Positions 6,138 to 15,200 of a stretch of 30,737 bases of DNA are shown piece after piece. The notes beneath the pieces were generated by a model. The model worked only from the letters and a program-made list of their open reading frames with translations. It did not search any database and had not been told where the DNA came from. The position numbers and the translations under genes are program-made. How positions within the stretch are numbered: the stretch's first letter is position 1; each line of letters begins with the position of its first letter. The DNA is from a virus. Taxonomy: Duplodnaviria; Caudoviricetes. The stretch spans positions 1 through 30,737 of IMG/VR virus record IMGVR_UViG_3300027744_000080; one strand, 5' to 3'.

Positions 6138-8440
6138 TGGCTTACGAAGACACAGGCGCTTACGAGGGCGAAGACCCTGGCCCGTATTGGCACGACCAAC
6201 TAGCAAACGCTGAGAAGGTCTTTGACAAGTGGGACAGGCGAGGCCATAAGATTGTTAAGCGATACCGCGATGAGCGCGATGCGGTTGAGATGCCACGGAT
6301 GAAGTTCAACATCCTCTGGTCAAACATCCAAGTGCTGATGCCTTCTCTGTACGGACGGCAAGCGAAGCCTGAAGTCTCCCGCCGGTATATGGATCAAGAC
6401 CCTGTAGGGCGCTTGGCTTCCACCATGCTGGAGCGCGTAATCGAATATGAAACAACGCAATTTAACGACTTTGACAGCGCAATGGTTAACGCTGTGCAAG
6501 ACCGGCTGTTGCCAGGTCGAGGCACAGTCTGGATTCGTTACGAGCCTGTAATCGTAGGTGAGCCAGCACCCGAAGTCGAGCTAGCCGAAGGTGAAGAACC
6601 GCAAGTCTCCAATGTCCAAGAATCGGGCGAGTCAATTGATTCTGCCCACAGCCCAATTGATTATGTGTACTGGAGCGACTTCCTGCACAGCCCAGCTCGG
6701 ACATGGGATGAAGTTTGGTGGGTAGCCCGTGCCGTCTACATGACCCGCGATGAGGGTGTGGAGCGCTTTGGCGATGTGTTTAAGAATGTCGGCCTGACTG
6801 ACCAGAACACAGACGATGACGGAAAGAATCAGCAGACAGTCAAGACAACCTTTGAGAAAAAGGCCAAGGTCTTTGAAATCTGGAACAAACGCACTTTTAA
6901 GGTGTGCTGGGTTGCCAAGGGCTATCCACAGTCGTTAGATGAGCGTGATGACCCGCTAGAGCTGGAAGGCTTTTTCCCATGTCCTCGGCCTTTGGTGGCT
7001 ACAACAACCACGGGAACAATGATCCCTGTTCCTGACTATTGCGAATATGAAGACCAAGCGCAAGAGCTAGACAACTTGACGCAGCGCATCTATATGCTGA
7101 CCAAAGCCTGCAAGGTGGTCGGTGTGTTTAACGCTGAGTTTAAGGAGCTGGGTCGGTTGTTTACAGAGGGCATTGACAACAAGATGTTCCCTGTGACTTC
7201 TTGGGCTGCGATGAGTGAGAAGGGCGGGCTAAAGGGTGCTATCGACATGATGGACACCTCGCAGATCGTCTTGACGCTGCAACAGTTATATGCAGCGCGT
7301 GAGGCGGTTAAACAGAGTATTTACGAAATTATGGGCATTTCGGACATTCTGCGCGGCGCATCCAAGGCACAGGAGACTTTGGGCGCACAGCAGCTCAAGG
7401 CTAACTTTGGCTCGCTGCGATTGAGAAGCAGCCAGGGCGAAGTGGCTCGGTTTGCCACAGACATCTTTAAGCTCAAAGCGCAAATTATCTGTAAGTTTTA
7501 CCCGCCTGAGCTAATTGTCGAGATGTCGGGCGTGATGAACACGCCAGATGGTCAAGACCCGCAAATGCTGCAAGCTGCGATCCAGATGCTGTCGAACAGC
7601 ACGATCCGCGACTTCCACATTGCAGTCGAGGCTGACAGCTTGGCTCAGATTGACGAACAGGCAGAAAAGCAAGGCGCACAAGAGGCTGTCCAAGCCATTG
7701 GGCTGTTCTTGCGTGAAGCCATGCCAATGGTAGGCGCTGCGCCTGAAACGCTGCCTATGGCCTCAGAAATGCTGCTGTTTTTAGTGCGCCGGTTTAAAGC
7801 TGGCAGGGGGCTGGAATCGGCTGTTGAACGGGCTATGAAAGCGCTGCAAGACAAGGCAGACCAAGCTGCCCAACAGCCACCAGCACCCGATCCAGAACAG
7901 ATGAAGATGCAGGCATTGGGTCAGTCTGAGCAAATGAAGATGCAAGCGCAAGTGCAGTCAGACCAAATGAAAATGCAAACAGAAATGCAGATGGCGCAAG
8001 CCCGTGCTGACTTTGACATGCAAATGCAGCAAGCAAAGATTCAGTCAGAAATGCAAATAGCGCAGATGAAATCTGAGTTTGAGACTGTTAAGCAACAAAC
8101 CGAAATGCAAATTAAGGCCAGAGAGATGGCAGGGAAGGAAGAATATGAACGATGGAAAGCAGAGCTGGACGCAGCGACCAAAATTATGGTTGCAAGGATT
8201 GGCAGCAACCCTGGAGTCGATTTACCAGTCGTTGAAGCGGCGGCTGCACAAATAACCAACGAGCTGGGCGGCACGATTTTGACGGCAATGGACAAGATTG
8301 CCATGATGCACGACCAGATGGCAAACATGCACGGGGACTCTATGCAAAACATAGGCATGGCTATGCAAAGACTTTCTGCCCCTAAACGCATTGTTAGAGG
8401 GCCAGATGGCAAGGCCATAGGCGTGGAAGTTGTCAGCTAA
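6137..8440 (+). CDS. portal protein (P22-like) with long Q/M-rich coiled-coil barrel
   Basis: 767 aa after terL; FNILWSN, YEIMGISDILRG, ETLGAQQLK motifs; Q/M-rich helical C-terminus. Confidence 0.88.
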   Translation: MAYEDTGAYEGEDPGPYWHDQLANAEKVFDKWDRRGHKIVKRYRDERDAVEMPRMKFNILWSNIQVLMPSLYGRQAKPEVSRRYMDQDPVGRLASTMLERVIEYETTQFNDFDSAMVNAVQDRLLPGRGTVWIRYEPVIVGEPAPEVELAEGEEPQVSNVQESGESIDSAHSPIDYVYWSDFLHSPARTWDEVWWVARAVYMTRDEGVERFGDVFKNVGLTDQNTDDDGKNQQTVKTTFEKKAKVFEIWNKRTFKVCWVAKGYPQSLDERDDPLELEGFFPCPRPLVATTTTGTMIPVPDYCEYEDQAQELDNLTQRIYMLTKACKVVGVFNAEFKELGRLFTEGIDNKMFPVTSWAAMSEKGGLKGAIDMMDTSQIVLTLQQLYAAREAVKQSIYEIMGISDILRGASKAQETLGAQQLKANFGSLRLRSSQGEVARFATDIFKLKAQIICKFYPPELIVEMSGVMNTPDGQDPQMLQAAIQMLSNSTIRDFHIAVEADSLAQIDEQAEKQGAQEAVQAIGLFLREAMPMVGAAPETLPMASEMLLFLVRRFKAGRGLESAVERAMKALQDKADQAAQQPPAPDPEQMKMQALGQSEQMKMQAQVQSDQMKMQTEMQMAQARADFDMQMQQAKIQSEMQIAQMKSEFETVKQQTEMQIKAREMAGKEEYERWKAELDAATKIMVARIGSNPGVDLPVVEAAAAQITNELGGTILTAMDKIAMMHDQMANMHGDSMQNIGMAMQRLSAPKRIVRGPDGKAIGVEVVS

Positions 8441-8792
8441 CTATTGGGACACGGGTGTATGGGATGAAGCCGTCTGGGATGGTGTTGATCCACCAGTGTC
8501 TGAACTGCCATTAGGAGGTCACTTTGGCTTCGATGAAAAGACGCGAGATAAACAGTGGCAAAGCGATTTAAAGGCTGAAAAACAAAGGCGTTTAAAGCTG
8601 CAAGAGGAATTATTTGGCCTGCCGCCAGAGCAAATAGAGCAAATAACCAGCAGCCCAGAGAAAACAATTGCTGTAGCAGCGGCTAAATATGCAGATTACG
8701 ATTCATTATTGCAACAAATTAACGCAATTAAAAAGCAAATTGATGATAATCAGGACGAATTAGACATTGAACTTTTGATTGGACAACTTTGA
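8430..8792 (+). CDS. hypothetical protein with N-terminal W-x4-W-x4-W motif
   Basis: TTG start overlapping portal end; WDTGVWDEAVWDG; helical acidic C-terminus. Confidence 0.6.
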   Translation: MSANYWDTGVWDEAVWDGVDPPVSELPLGGHFGFDEKTRDKQWQSDLKAEKQRRLKLQEELFGLPPEQIEQITSSPEKTIAVAAAKYADYDSLLQQINAIKKQIDDNQDELDIELLIGQL

Positions 8793-9211
8793 AAACCACA
8801 TGGCGATACCCTGCTGATGGCAGCGAACCTTACGAGGTCGGCACATATCAAAGCGAGACAATTACCACTGTGATGGGCGACATTGAGCCGTTTCGATCAC
8901 CGGATGGGGTCATGATTACAGGGCGCAAGCAGTGGCGGGAGCATTTAAAGACCACAGACAGCATCGAAATGGGGCATTCTGATGTAAAGTATGCTCAACA
9001 AGAGTGGAACAGGAAAAAGGAAGTTCAGCGGGAACGGCTGAAGGGTCAGGTCGCCACAGTGCAAGAGTTTGACCGGCCAGGCGCACCGATTGCCCCAATG
9101 CGGATGAGTGGGCTGAATGTGGAAATGGCAAACCGCCTGCACAACAGGCCAATGCCAGAGCGCAAAGAGATGATTAAGATGACTTTGGAACAAATGAAAA
9201 GGATGAAGTGA
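8789..9211 (+). CDS. conserved hypothetical phage protein between portal and scaffold
   Basis: DIEPFRSPDG..ITGR..WREHLK motif; coupled overlaps at both ends. Confidence 0.7.
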   Translation: MKTTWRYPADGSEPYEVGTYQSETITTVMGDIEPFRSPDGVMITGRKQWREHLKTTDSIEMGHSDVKYAQQEWNRKKEVQRERLKGQVATVQEFDRPGAPIAPMRMSGLNVEMANRLHNRPMPERKEMIKMTLEQMKRMK

Positions 9212-10242
9212 TGGAAAATGAAGTTGTCGCACCCGACACAACAGAAGCACCAGCACCAGAAGCGCCAGCAGTAGAAGTCAAGGCTGAACCCAGCCGTGCC
9301 GATACGATCCGCGAGGCAATGAAGCAGACGGAGGACAAACCGCCCCGTCTTGCAAGAGCGCCTAGAGAGGCGAAAGAAGCCAAAGCCACAGACCCCAAAT
9401 TCCCTACTGAGAAGACCGAAGCCCCGAAGATGGCAGAAATGCCAAAATCGTTGCGGCGCGAGTTAAAAGAGCATTGGGAGAAAGCCCCAAGCGAGCTACA
9501 GCAAGCAATTGCCCAGCGTGATGCTGACTATGAAAAGGGCATTGCCAGCTACAAAACCCGTGATGCAGAGGCAAGGCAGATCACAGAGCAATTTGCACCC
9601 TACGAGTGGATTTTGCGGAACGAGAACACCACCCCAGCGGCAGCAATTGGCCCACTTTTGCAGACGGCAGCGCTGCTTCGGACGGGAACGCCACAGCAAA
9701 AGAGCCAAGCTGTCGCCCAAATGATCCAGCAGTTCCAGATTCCGCTGGATCAGGTGGCCTCATATTTTAATGGCGAGACTCCACAGCCAGAAAATACTCA
9801 TTACAATCAACTAGCGCAGCAAGTACAGCAGCTCACGCAGCACATCACGCAGAGCCAGTATGAAGCGCAGAAACAGAATGAAAATCGAGCACTCTCGGTT
9901 ATCCAGCAGTTTGCAGGCGACCCTGCCAATCTGCATTTTGAGGCAGTCTCTGACCGAATGTTGCAGCTTCTCCAAGCGCCACAGGTGTTAGGTGACACAA
10001 GTCAGATGTCAGAACGCGAGAAATTGCAACTGGCTTATGACACGGCAGTGCGGCTTGATCCAGCTATCGCGCAGCAGTTTTATGCTCAACAGCAACAAAA
10101 CACGCAAGCAGCTAACCAAGTGCAAAGAGCAAAAACAGCGGCGGTACAGGTACGAGGAGCACCAGGCTCTAGCATCAGTGGCGCTATTAATCAGACAGAC
10201 CGGCGAGCCGTTATAGCAAATGCGCTACGGCAAATCGGATAA
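9211..10242 (+). CDS. capsid scaffolding protein
   Basis: Acidic/Pro-rich N-terminus, Q-rich coiled coil, directly upstream of the major capsid gene; TGATG coupling. Confidence 0.8.
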   Translation: MENEVVAPDTTEAPAPEAPAVEVKAEPSRADTIREAMKQTEDKPPRLARAPREAKEAKATDPKFPTEKTEAPKMAEMPKSLRRELKEHWEKAPSELQQAIAQRDADYEKGIASYKTRDAEARQITEQFAPYEWILRNENTTPAAAIGPLLQTAALLRTGTPQQKSQAVAQMIQQFQIPLDQVASYFNGETPQPENTHYNQLAQQVQQLTQHITQSQYEAQKQNENRALSVIQQFAGDPANLHFEAVSDRMLQLLQAPQVLGDTSQMSEREKLQLAYDTAVRLDPAIAQQFYAQQQQNTQAANQVQRAKTAAVQVRGAPGSSISGAINQTDRRAVIANALRQIG

Positions 10243-10255
10243 TTAGGAGTAAGTT

Positions 10256-11236
10256 ATGGCATACGCCAACGCAAATTACTCAGACGTATTGGCAACGACC
10301 ATTGAAAGTCGTTCCGGCATTGTTGCGGATAACGTGACAAAGAACAATGCCTTGCTGACCCGTCTGCGCGAGAAGGGCAAAATGAAGCCTTTCTCTGGTG
10401 GTTCGACCATTCTGCAAGAATTGTCATTCCAAGCCAACAGCACAGCCATGTATTATTCTGGCGCTGAAACACTGAACATCTCCCCAGCGGATGTGATTAG
10501 TGCTGCTCAGTTCCCGATCAAACAGGCAGCAGTGGCAGTTACGATCAATGGTTTGGAAATGCTCCAAAACAGCGGCGAAGAACAGATCATCGACTTGTTT
10601 GATGCCCGTTTGGACGTTGCTGAAGCATCTATCGAAAACTTGATCTCCACTGGTATTTACTCGGATGGTACGGCCAACAACGGCAAGCAGATCACTGGTC
10701 TGCAAGCTATGGTGGTTGCATCTCCGTCTACTGGTGTGGTCGGCGGTATTGATCGTTCTACATGGTCATTCTGGCGCAACCAGACTTTTGACTTCTCTAC
10801 TGATCTTGGTGCTTCTGCATCCAGCTCAAACATTCAGTCGGGTTTTAACCGACTGTATGCAAAGACAAGTCGCGGTTCTGACGTTGTTGACCTGATCCTG
10901 TTGGATAACAACCTGTGGGGCTTCTTCATGTCCTCACTGCAAAACATTCAGCGTTTCCCTGGCTCTAGCAAGATGGCCGAACTCGGCTTTGTTGCATCCA
11001 AGTACATGAATGCCGATGTGGTTCTAGACGGCGGTATCGGTGGAAATATTCCTACCGGCACAGGCTATTTCCTGAACACAAAATACATTTTCTTCCGGCC
11101 TCACGCAAACCGCAATTTCGTCCCAATCGGCGATGAGCGTATGAGCACCAATCAGGACGCAATCGTGCGCTTGATCGGTTGGGCTGGCAATATGACTGCT
11201 TCTGGACTCCAGTTCCAGGGCATCATGACTGAATAA
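10256..11236 (+). CDS. major capsid protein
   Basis: 326 aa, strong AGGAG RBS, DNV.KNNALL..L, IYSDGT..GKQITGL, GGIDR...FWRN, YFLNTKY motifs; position after scaffold. Confidence 0.88.
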   Translation: MAYANANYSDVLATTIESRSGIVADNVTKNNALLTRLREKGKMKPFSGGSTILQELSFQANSTAMYYSGAETLNISPADVISAAQFPIKQAAVAVTINGLEMLQNSGEEQIIDLFDARLDVAEASIENLISTGIYSDGTANNGKQITGLQAMVVASPSTGVVGGIDRSTWSFWRNQTFDFSTDLGASASSSNIQSGFNRLYAKTSRGSDVVDLILLDNNLWGFFMSSLQNIQRFPGSSKMAELGFVASKYMNADVVLDGGIGGNIPTGTGYFLNTKYIFFRPHANRNFVPIGDERMSTNQDAIVRLIGWAGNMTASGLQFQGIMTE

Positions 11237-11247
11237 GGAGCAATATC

Positions 11248-11784
11248 ATGTCTTCAGATTACGTCACAGACGGCAAAATCGGCATTGACTTGACGGCTAC
11301 TTATGCGTCAACCAGTGCTGGCTCTACTTCCCTTTTTCCTGTTACACCAGGCAGTCGGGTCAATACGAGCAACAACGGCGTTTACATTTTTGTTCGCGCA
11401 GAAAGCACAATTGCTGCTTTTGATGCGGTCATCATGTCTTCATTTGCAGATTCGGCAAGCACCACACCCGTGATGCGAGCTGTTCCTGTAACCACTACCA
11501 ACGCTGCTGCGCTGGGTTTCAACATGGTCGGCTTTGCACAAACCGCAATCGCATCTAGCTACTACGGCTGGGTCGGTCTGAATGGTTTGCTGCAAGTTAA
11601 CTTGTTGATTGGCTGCAACCCTAAAGTGCCGCTGTACACCACTGCAACTGCTGGATCACTGGACGACACCACTGTGTCGGCTGGTTTCATCCAGGGCATT
11701 GTGGCGAACACATCGGCAACCAGCGCAAGCGCACCATTCTGCATGGTAAACAATGCTGGCCTGATGATGGTCGGCGCAGGCTAA
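11248..11784 (+). CDS. putative capsid decoration/cement protein, Ser/Thr-rich
   Basis: TAAGGAG RBS, directly after MCP and before the terminator; small-residue beta-rich sequence, YYGWV and LYTTATAG.LDD motifs. Confidence 0.65.
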   Translation: MSSDYVTDGKIGIDLTATYASTSAGSTSLFPVTPGSRVNTSNNGVYIFVRAESTIAAFDAVIMSSFADSASTTPVMRAVPVTTTNAAALGFNMVGFAQTAIASSYYGWVGLNGLLQVNLLIGCNPKVPLYTTATAGSLDDTTVSAGFIQGIVANTSATSASAPFCMVNNAGLMMVGAG

Positions 11785-11789
11785 AAATC

Positions 11790-11821
11790 GACTCCTCCCT
11801 TAAAAAAGGAGGGGTCTTTTT
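11790..11821 (+). terminator. Rho-independent terminator after the capsid genes
   Basis: Stem GACTCCTCC (11790-11798)/GGAGGGGTC (11808-11816) followed by TTTTT. Confidence 0.8.
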
Positions 11822-11822
11822 A

Positions 11823-13454
11823 ATGAGTCTTTTACCCCTAAAAATCACTGGTCAGTGTGTCTCAGATGACGATACACTTTTTGGACACATGGATGCCGCG
11901 ATTGCTCGGGGCTATCCACAAGTCACACAAGCGCAAGACCCTAAAAAGGGCAAAGTCGTTTTAGTGGCAAGTGCGCCAAGTGTCAGGGGGCAGATAGAGC
12001 TTATTAAAAAGATGAAGGCAGACGGGTTGCCCATTGTGGCAATCAAAGGGGCGCACGATTGGCTAATTGATAACGGCGTGATTCCTGATTACGCTTTAGC
12101 CATTGACCCGCAAGAACACCGGATCGCGTTTTACAAGCCAAACAAGGCTGTTCATTACATGATTGCCAGCCAGTGCCACCAAGCGCTGTTTGACAACTTA
12201 GACGGCCACAATGTCACGCTTTGGCATCCGTACATCAAAAAAGGCCAAGACCGGCCAAAAAACTGCATGCTCATTGGCGGCGGCACAACTTCCGGTCTAA
12301 GGGCTATTTCCCTGTTTTATGTGCTTGGCTGGCGCAACTTTGAGCTGTTTGGCTTTGATTCGTGCAATGACGGCTCAGAGCTAAGGGTCAACGGCGATGG
12401 CCTCAAAGACGGCGACAAGCTGATCGAAGTCAGGATAGAGCCACAGGGTGAGCCGTTTTACTGCAATGCGGCAATGGCGCTGCAAGCTGAACACTTCCAG
12501 ACCTACTACGACTATCTGCCAGATGCCACCTTTACGGGGCATGGGCATGGGTTGATTCAGGCCATCATCAAGAAACGCAGCCAGAATGTCTTTGAGCTGG
12601 CGGGGCTGATTGACAAGCGCAAAGAGCTAAACACACGCACATCGTTCATTCATTGGGGCGACAACAAGTCAGCAAGCTGGCGCTATCGGGCAAAGATACC
12701 GGCAGGGGATTGGGCAAGCCTGAACGACCTGACGGCTGACACGCTGGTGTTTGCCAAGCCCCAAGCGCAAGAGCTGATGGACATGGCACGGGCCAAGGCA
12801 CGGGGCGCATGGATTGTGGTGGACTTTTGCGATGACCACTTTGATTGGATGCACTACCAAGAGGCGCTGCGCCTGGCCGATGTGGTTACTTGCCCCACTG
12901 ATGAGATGGCAAGGCGCATCAAAGTGCTGGAACGTGATGCCGTGGTCATTCCTGATCCGTTTGAGTACCCGCTGAAGAAGCCACATTGCAAGGGTGTTAA
13001 CCTGTTGTGGTATGGTCACCAAGTTAACAGAGCAAGCCTAGAGCGCATCTTGCCCGAGATAGCGGGTTATCACCTACGGGTGGTTTCCAACTTTGCAGGG
13101 TCGATTCCGTGGTCAAAGAAGACCATGCTCAAAGAGTTTGCACAAGCTGACATTGTGGTGCTACCCGCTACAGAGACTTACAAGAGCGCCAACAGAGCAA
13201 TTGAGGCGATCCGACAGGGTTGCTTTGTGGTGGCAGAGCCTCACCCTGCGCTAGAGGGTTTCCCGATCTACATTGGCAACATCAAGGACGGCATTGAATG
13301 GACTTTAAAGAACAAAGCAAACCGGCTCATATCGAAGGCGCAGTCTTTCGTGACGGGAAAATTCTCGCCGCAAACACTAAGCGCCAAGTGGAAGATAGCT
13401 ACGAAACGGCCTACAACCTTGGATGTGGAACAAAAAAATGGGACGGATGGATAA
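11823..13454 (+). CDS. fusion: Maf/DUF115 (MptE-like) domain + GT-B-like glycosyltransferase domain
   Basis: N half: ASAPS, GAHDWL...IPDY...DP, GGGTTSGLRA...LG...LFGFDSC. C half: SASWRYRA, VVDFCDDHF, ADVVTCPT, VIPDP, LLWYG, ADIVVLP...KSANR.IEA..QG..VVA. Confidence 0.75.
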   Translation: MSLLPLKITGQCVSDDDTLFGHMDAAIARGYPQVTQAQDPKKGKVVLVASAPSVRGQIELIKKMKADGLPIVAIKGAHDWLIDNGVIPDYALAIDPQEHRIAFYKPNKAVHYMIASQCHQALFDNLDGHNVTLWHPYIKKGQDRPKNCMLIGGGTTSGLRAISLFYVLGWRNFELFGFDSCNDGSELRVNGDGLKDGDKLIEVRIEPQGEPFYCNAAMALQAEHFQTYYDYLPDATFTGHGHGLIQAIIKKRSQNVFELAGLIDKRKELNTRTSFIHWGDNKSASWRYRAKIPAGDWASLNDLTADTLVFAKPQAQELMDMARAKARGAWIVVDFCDDHFDWMHYQEALRLADVVTCPTDEMARRIKVLERDAVVIPDPFEYPLKKPHCKGVNLLWYGHQVNRASLERILPEIAGYHLRVVSNFAGSIPWSKKTMLKEFAQADIVVLPATETYKSANRAIEAIRQGCFVVAEPHPALEGFPIYIGNIKDGIEWTLKNKANRLISKAQSFVTGKFSPQTLSAKWKIATKRPTTLDVEQKNGTDG

Positions 13455-13900
13455 ATGTCGATCTTTACTCGGATGTCTCAGACATTAAATGCGATCTGCG
13501 AAAGCTGGAAATTGCGTCTGATTCGGCTGATGCCGTGGCTGCGATTCATGTTTTAGAGCACTTTTACGAGTGGGAAGTCGCTGATCTGCTGACTGAGTGG
13601 AAACGGGTGCTAAAGCCTGGCGGCAAGATGATCCTAGAGCTGCCCTGCATGGACAAGGTGTTTGCTTACGTCCACAACTGTGTGGTTAATAAAGAGCCGT
13701 TGCAGCCCTTTATGACCCTGCATGCGCTGTATGGCGACCCGAAATATAAGAACGAGGCAATGTGCCACCATTGGGGCTGGTTTCAAGTTCCATTGAGCCA
13801 GATGCTGGAGTCGGTGGGCATGCAGCGCATAGAATTTTTTGAGCCTCGCTACCATTTCCCATTCAGAGACATGAGGGTCGAATGCTACAAGGAGTCTTGA
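13388..13900 (+). CDS. class I SAM-dependent methyltransferase (Methyltransf_11-like)
   Basis: NLGCG...GWINVD, HVLEH, EW.RVLKPGG...LELP; start uncertain (GTG 13388 or ATG 13298). Confidence 0.85.
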   Translation: MEDSYETAYNLGCGTKKWDGWINVDLYSDVSDIKCDLRKLEIASDSADAVAAIHVLEHFYEWEVADLLTEWKRVLKPGGKMILELPCMDKVFAYVHNCVVNKEPLQPFMTLHALYGDPKYKNEAMCHHWGWFQVPLSQMLESVGMQRIEFFEPRYHFPFRDMRVECYKES

Positions 13901-14616
13901 GCAACGCAGAGCGCCATGCCCAGATGTCGCAGGCGTATGGGCAAATGCTCAAGAAAAAGACCAAATTTAACGATAAATGGGCATCAATTGTTTGCTACGG
14001 GCCAAGCCTAGCCGACACATGGCAACAGATAAAACGCCCAATCGTCACTGTTTCAGGAGCGCATGACTACCTTGTCGAGCGAGGCATCGTGCCAGATTTC
14101 CATGTGGACTGCGATCCCAGAGAGCACAAGGCCAGAATGCTTAAAAGGCCACAGAAGGCCACAACATACCTAATGGCTACTGTATGCCATCCAAGCTGGT
14201 GGGAAGCCCTAAAGGGCTATAACGTGCGTCTGTGGCACTTGATTAACGGCAACGACTTAGACACAGTGGCATGGGTAGCGGCAAACCATCCAGAAGGCTT
14301 GAACAGCATGATTTCGGGTGGCTCGACTGTAGGCATGAGGGCAATGGAAGTGATGGCGGCGTTAGGGTATCGGCGGTTTAAGTTTCACGGCATGGATTGC
14401 AGCTACTTAACAGACCGGCATGCAGGGCCACATTTGGGTAAAAATCAAGATAAAATATTTGTCAAGGCTGGGGACAGGGTGTTCCAGACCACACGGCAAA
14501 TGCTTGAGGCGGCAATCGAGATGGAGCAATTCATCAAGACTCAGGATGCAGAGCTTGCATTTTTTGGCGATGGTTTAATGCAAGAAACCGCGCTACAACT
14601 AAAGGAAATGGCATGA
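13882..14616 (+). CDS. second Maf/DUF115 (MptE-like) domain protein
   Basis: YGPSL, GAHDYL...IVPDF...DP, SGGSTVGMRA...LGY..F.FHGMDCS, GDGLMQ; paralogous to the N half of 11823..13454. Confidence 0.75.
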   Translation: MLQGVLSNAERHAQMSQAYGQMLKKKTKFNDKWASIVCYGPSLADTWQQIKRPIVTVSGAHDYLVERGIVPDFHVDCDPREHKARMLKRPQKATTYLMATVCHPSWWEALKGYNVRLWHLINGNDLDTVAWVAANHPEGLNSMISGGSTVGMRAMEVMAALGYRRFKFHGMDCSYLTDRHAGPHLGKNQDKIFVKAGDRVFQTTRQMLEAAIEMEQFIKTQDAELAFFGDGLMQETALQLKEMA

Positions 14617-15200
14617 AAAACGAAGTGGCTGGATGGACAGACGAATCATTTATGGAGAGCAATCGCGGCAAGATGGCGGTATTTTTCCATGCGGTTCAGG
14701 TGCAGAACAACTTTAGAACGGCTGAAGAAAAGCGCCCAATCTTTCAAGAGCGTATTTTCTTGAAAAAGCTAGTGCCAGGCGACAACACCCTGACCATTGA
14801 CCGGCCAATGCGTGAGCAAGACATCGAAGACTTCCCCGTAGAGTGGGCAAGGTTTGAGCAAAAGAAAGAGGAAACAGTGCCAGGCACTCCAATCGAGGTG
14901 TGGAGCGCTGTTTCTGAGACTCAAAAGGCTGAATTTAAGGCGCTAAACATCTTTACGATTGACCAGTTTGCCCAGCTTTCAGACATTGTTGGCAACAAGA
15001 TTATGGGCTTTAACGATTTGCGCGACAAGGCTCGGGCGTTTATTGCTGCTGCTGAAGATTCGCAAATGTTTGACAAAATCCGTGCTGAAACTGATGAAAA
15101 ATTGAAGGCTCAGGATGCTGAAATGGCTGAACTTCGTGCGATGATTGCAGAGTTGACGGCCAAAAAAGCTGGTCGCCCTAAAAAAGAATTGGTGGAGTAA
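14613..15200 (+). CDS. conserved hypothetical protein of the head-tail region
   Basis: RPIF...PGD, F..EW.RF, GTPI..W, NIFTIDQ.A.LSD motifs, C-terminal GRPKK; AAGGAAA RBS, ATGA overlap. Confidence 0.75.
   Translation: MKNEVAGWTDESFMESNRGKMAVFFHAVQVQNNFRTAEEKRPIFQERIFLKKLVPGDNTLTIDRPMREQDIEDFPVEWARFEQKKEETVPGTPIEVWSAVSETQKAEFKALNIFTIDQFAQLSDIVGNKIMGFNDLRDKARAFIAAAEDSQMFDKIRAETDEKLKAQDAEMAELRAMIAELTAKKAGRPKKELVE

Noticed and set aside
7880-8130. CAGATG/CAAATG-rich repeats as a CRISPR array or VNTR
   Set aside because: They are codon-level consequences of the Q/M-rich portal coiled coil; no fixed repeat-spacer period
11823-14616. DNA hypermodification cluster
   Set aside because: No base-hydroxymethylase, kinase or polymerase context and it sits in the late structural operon; considered less likely than virion modification but not excluded
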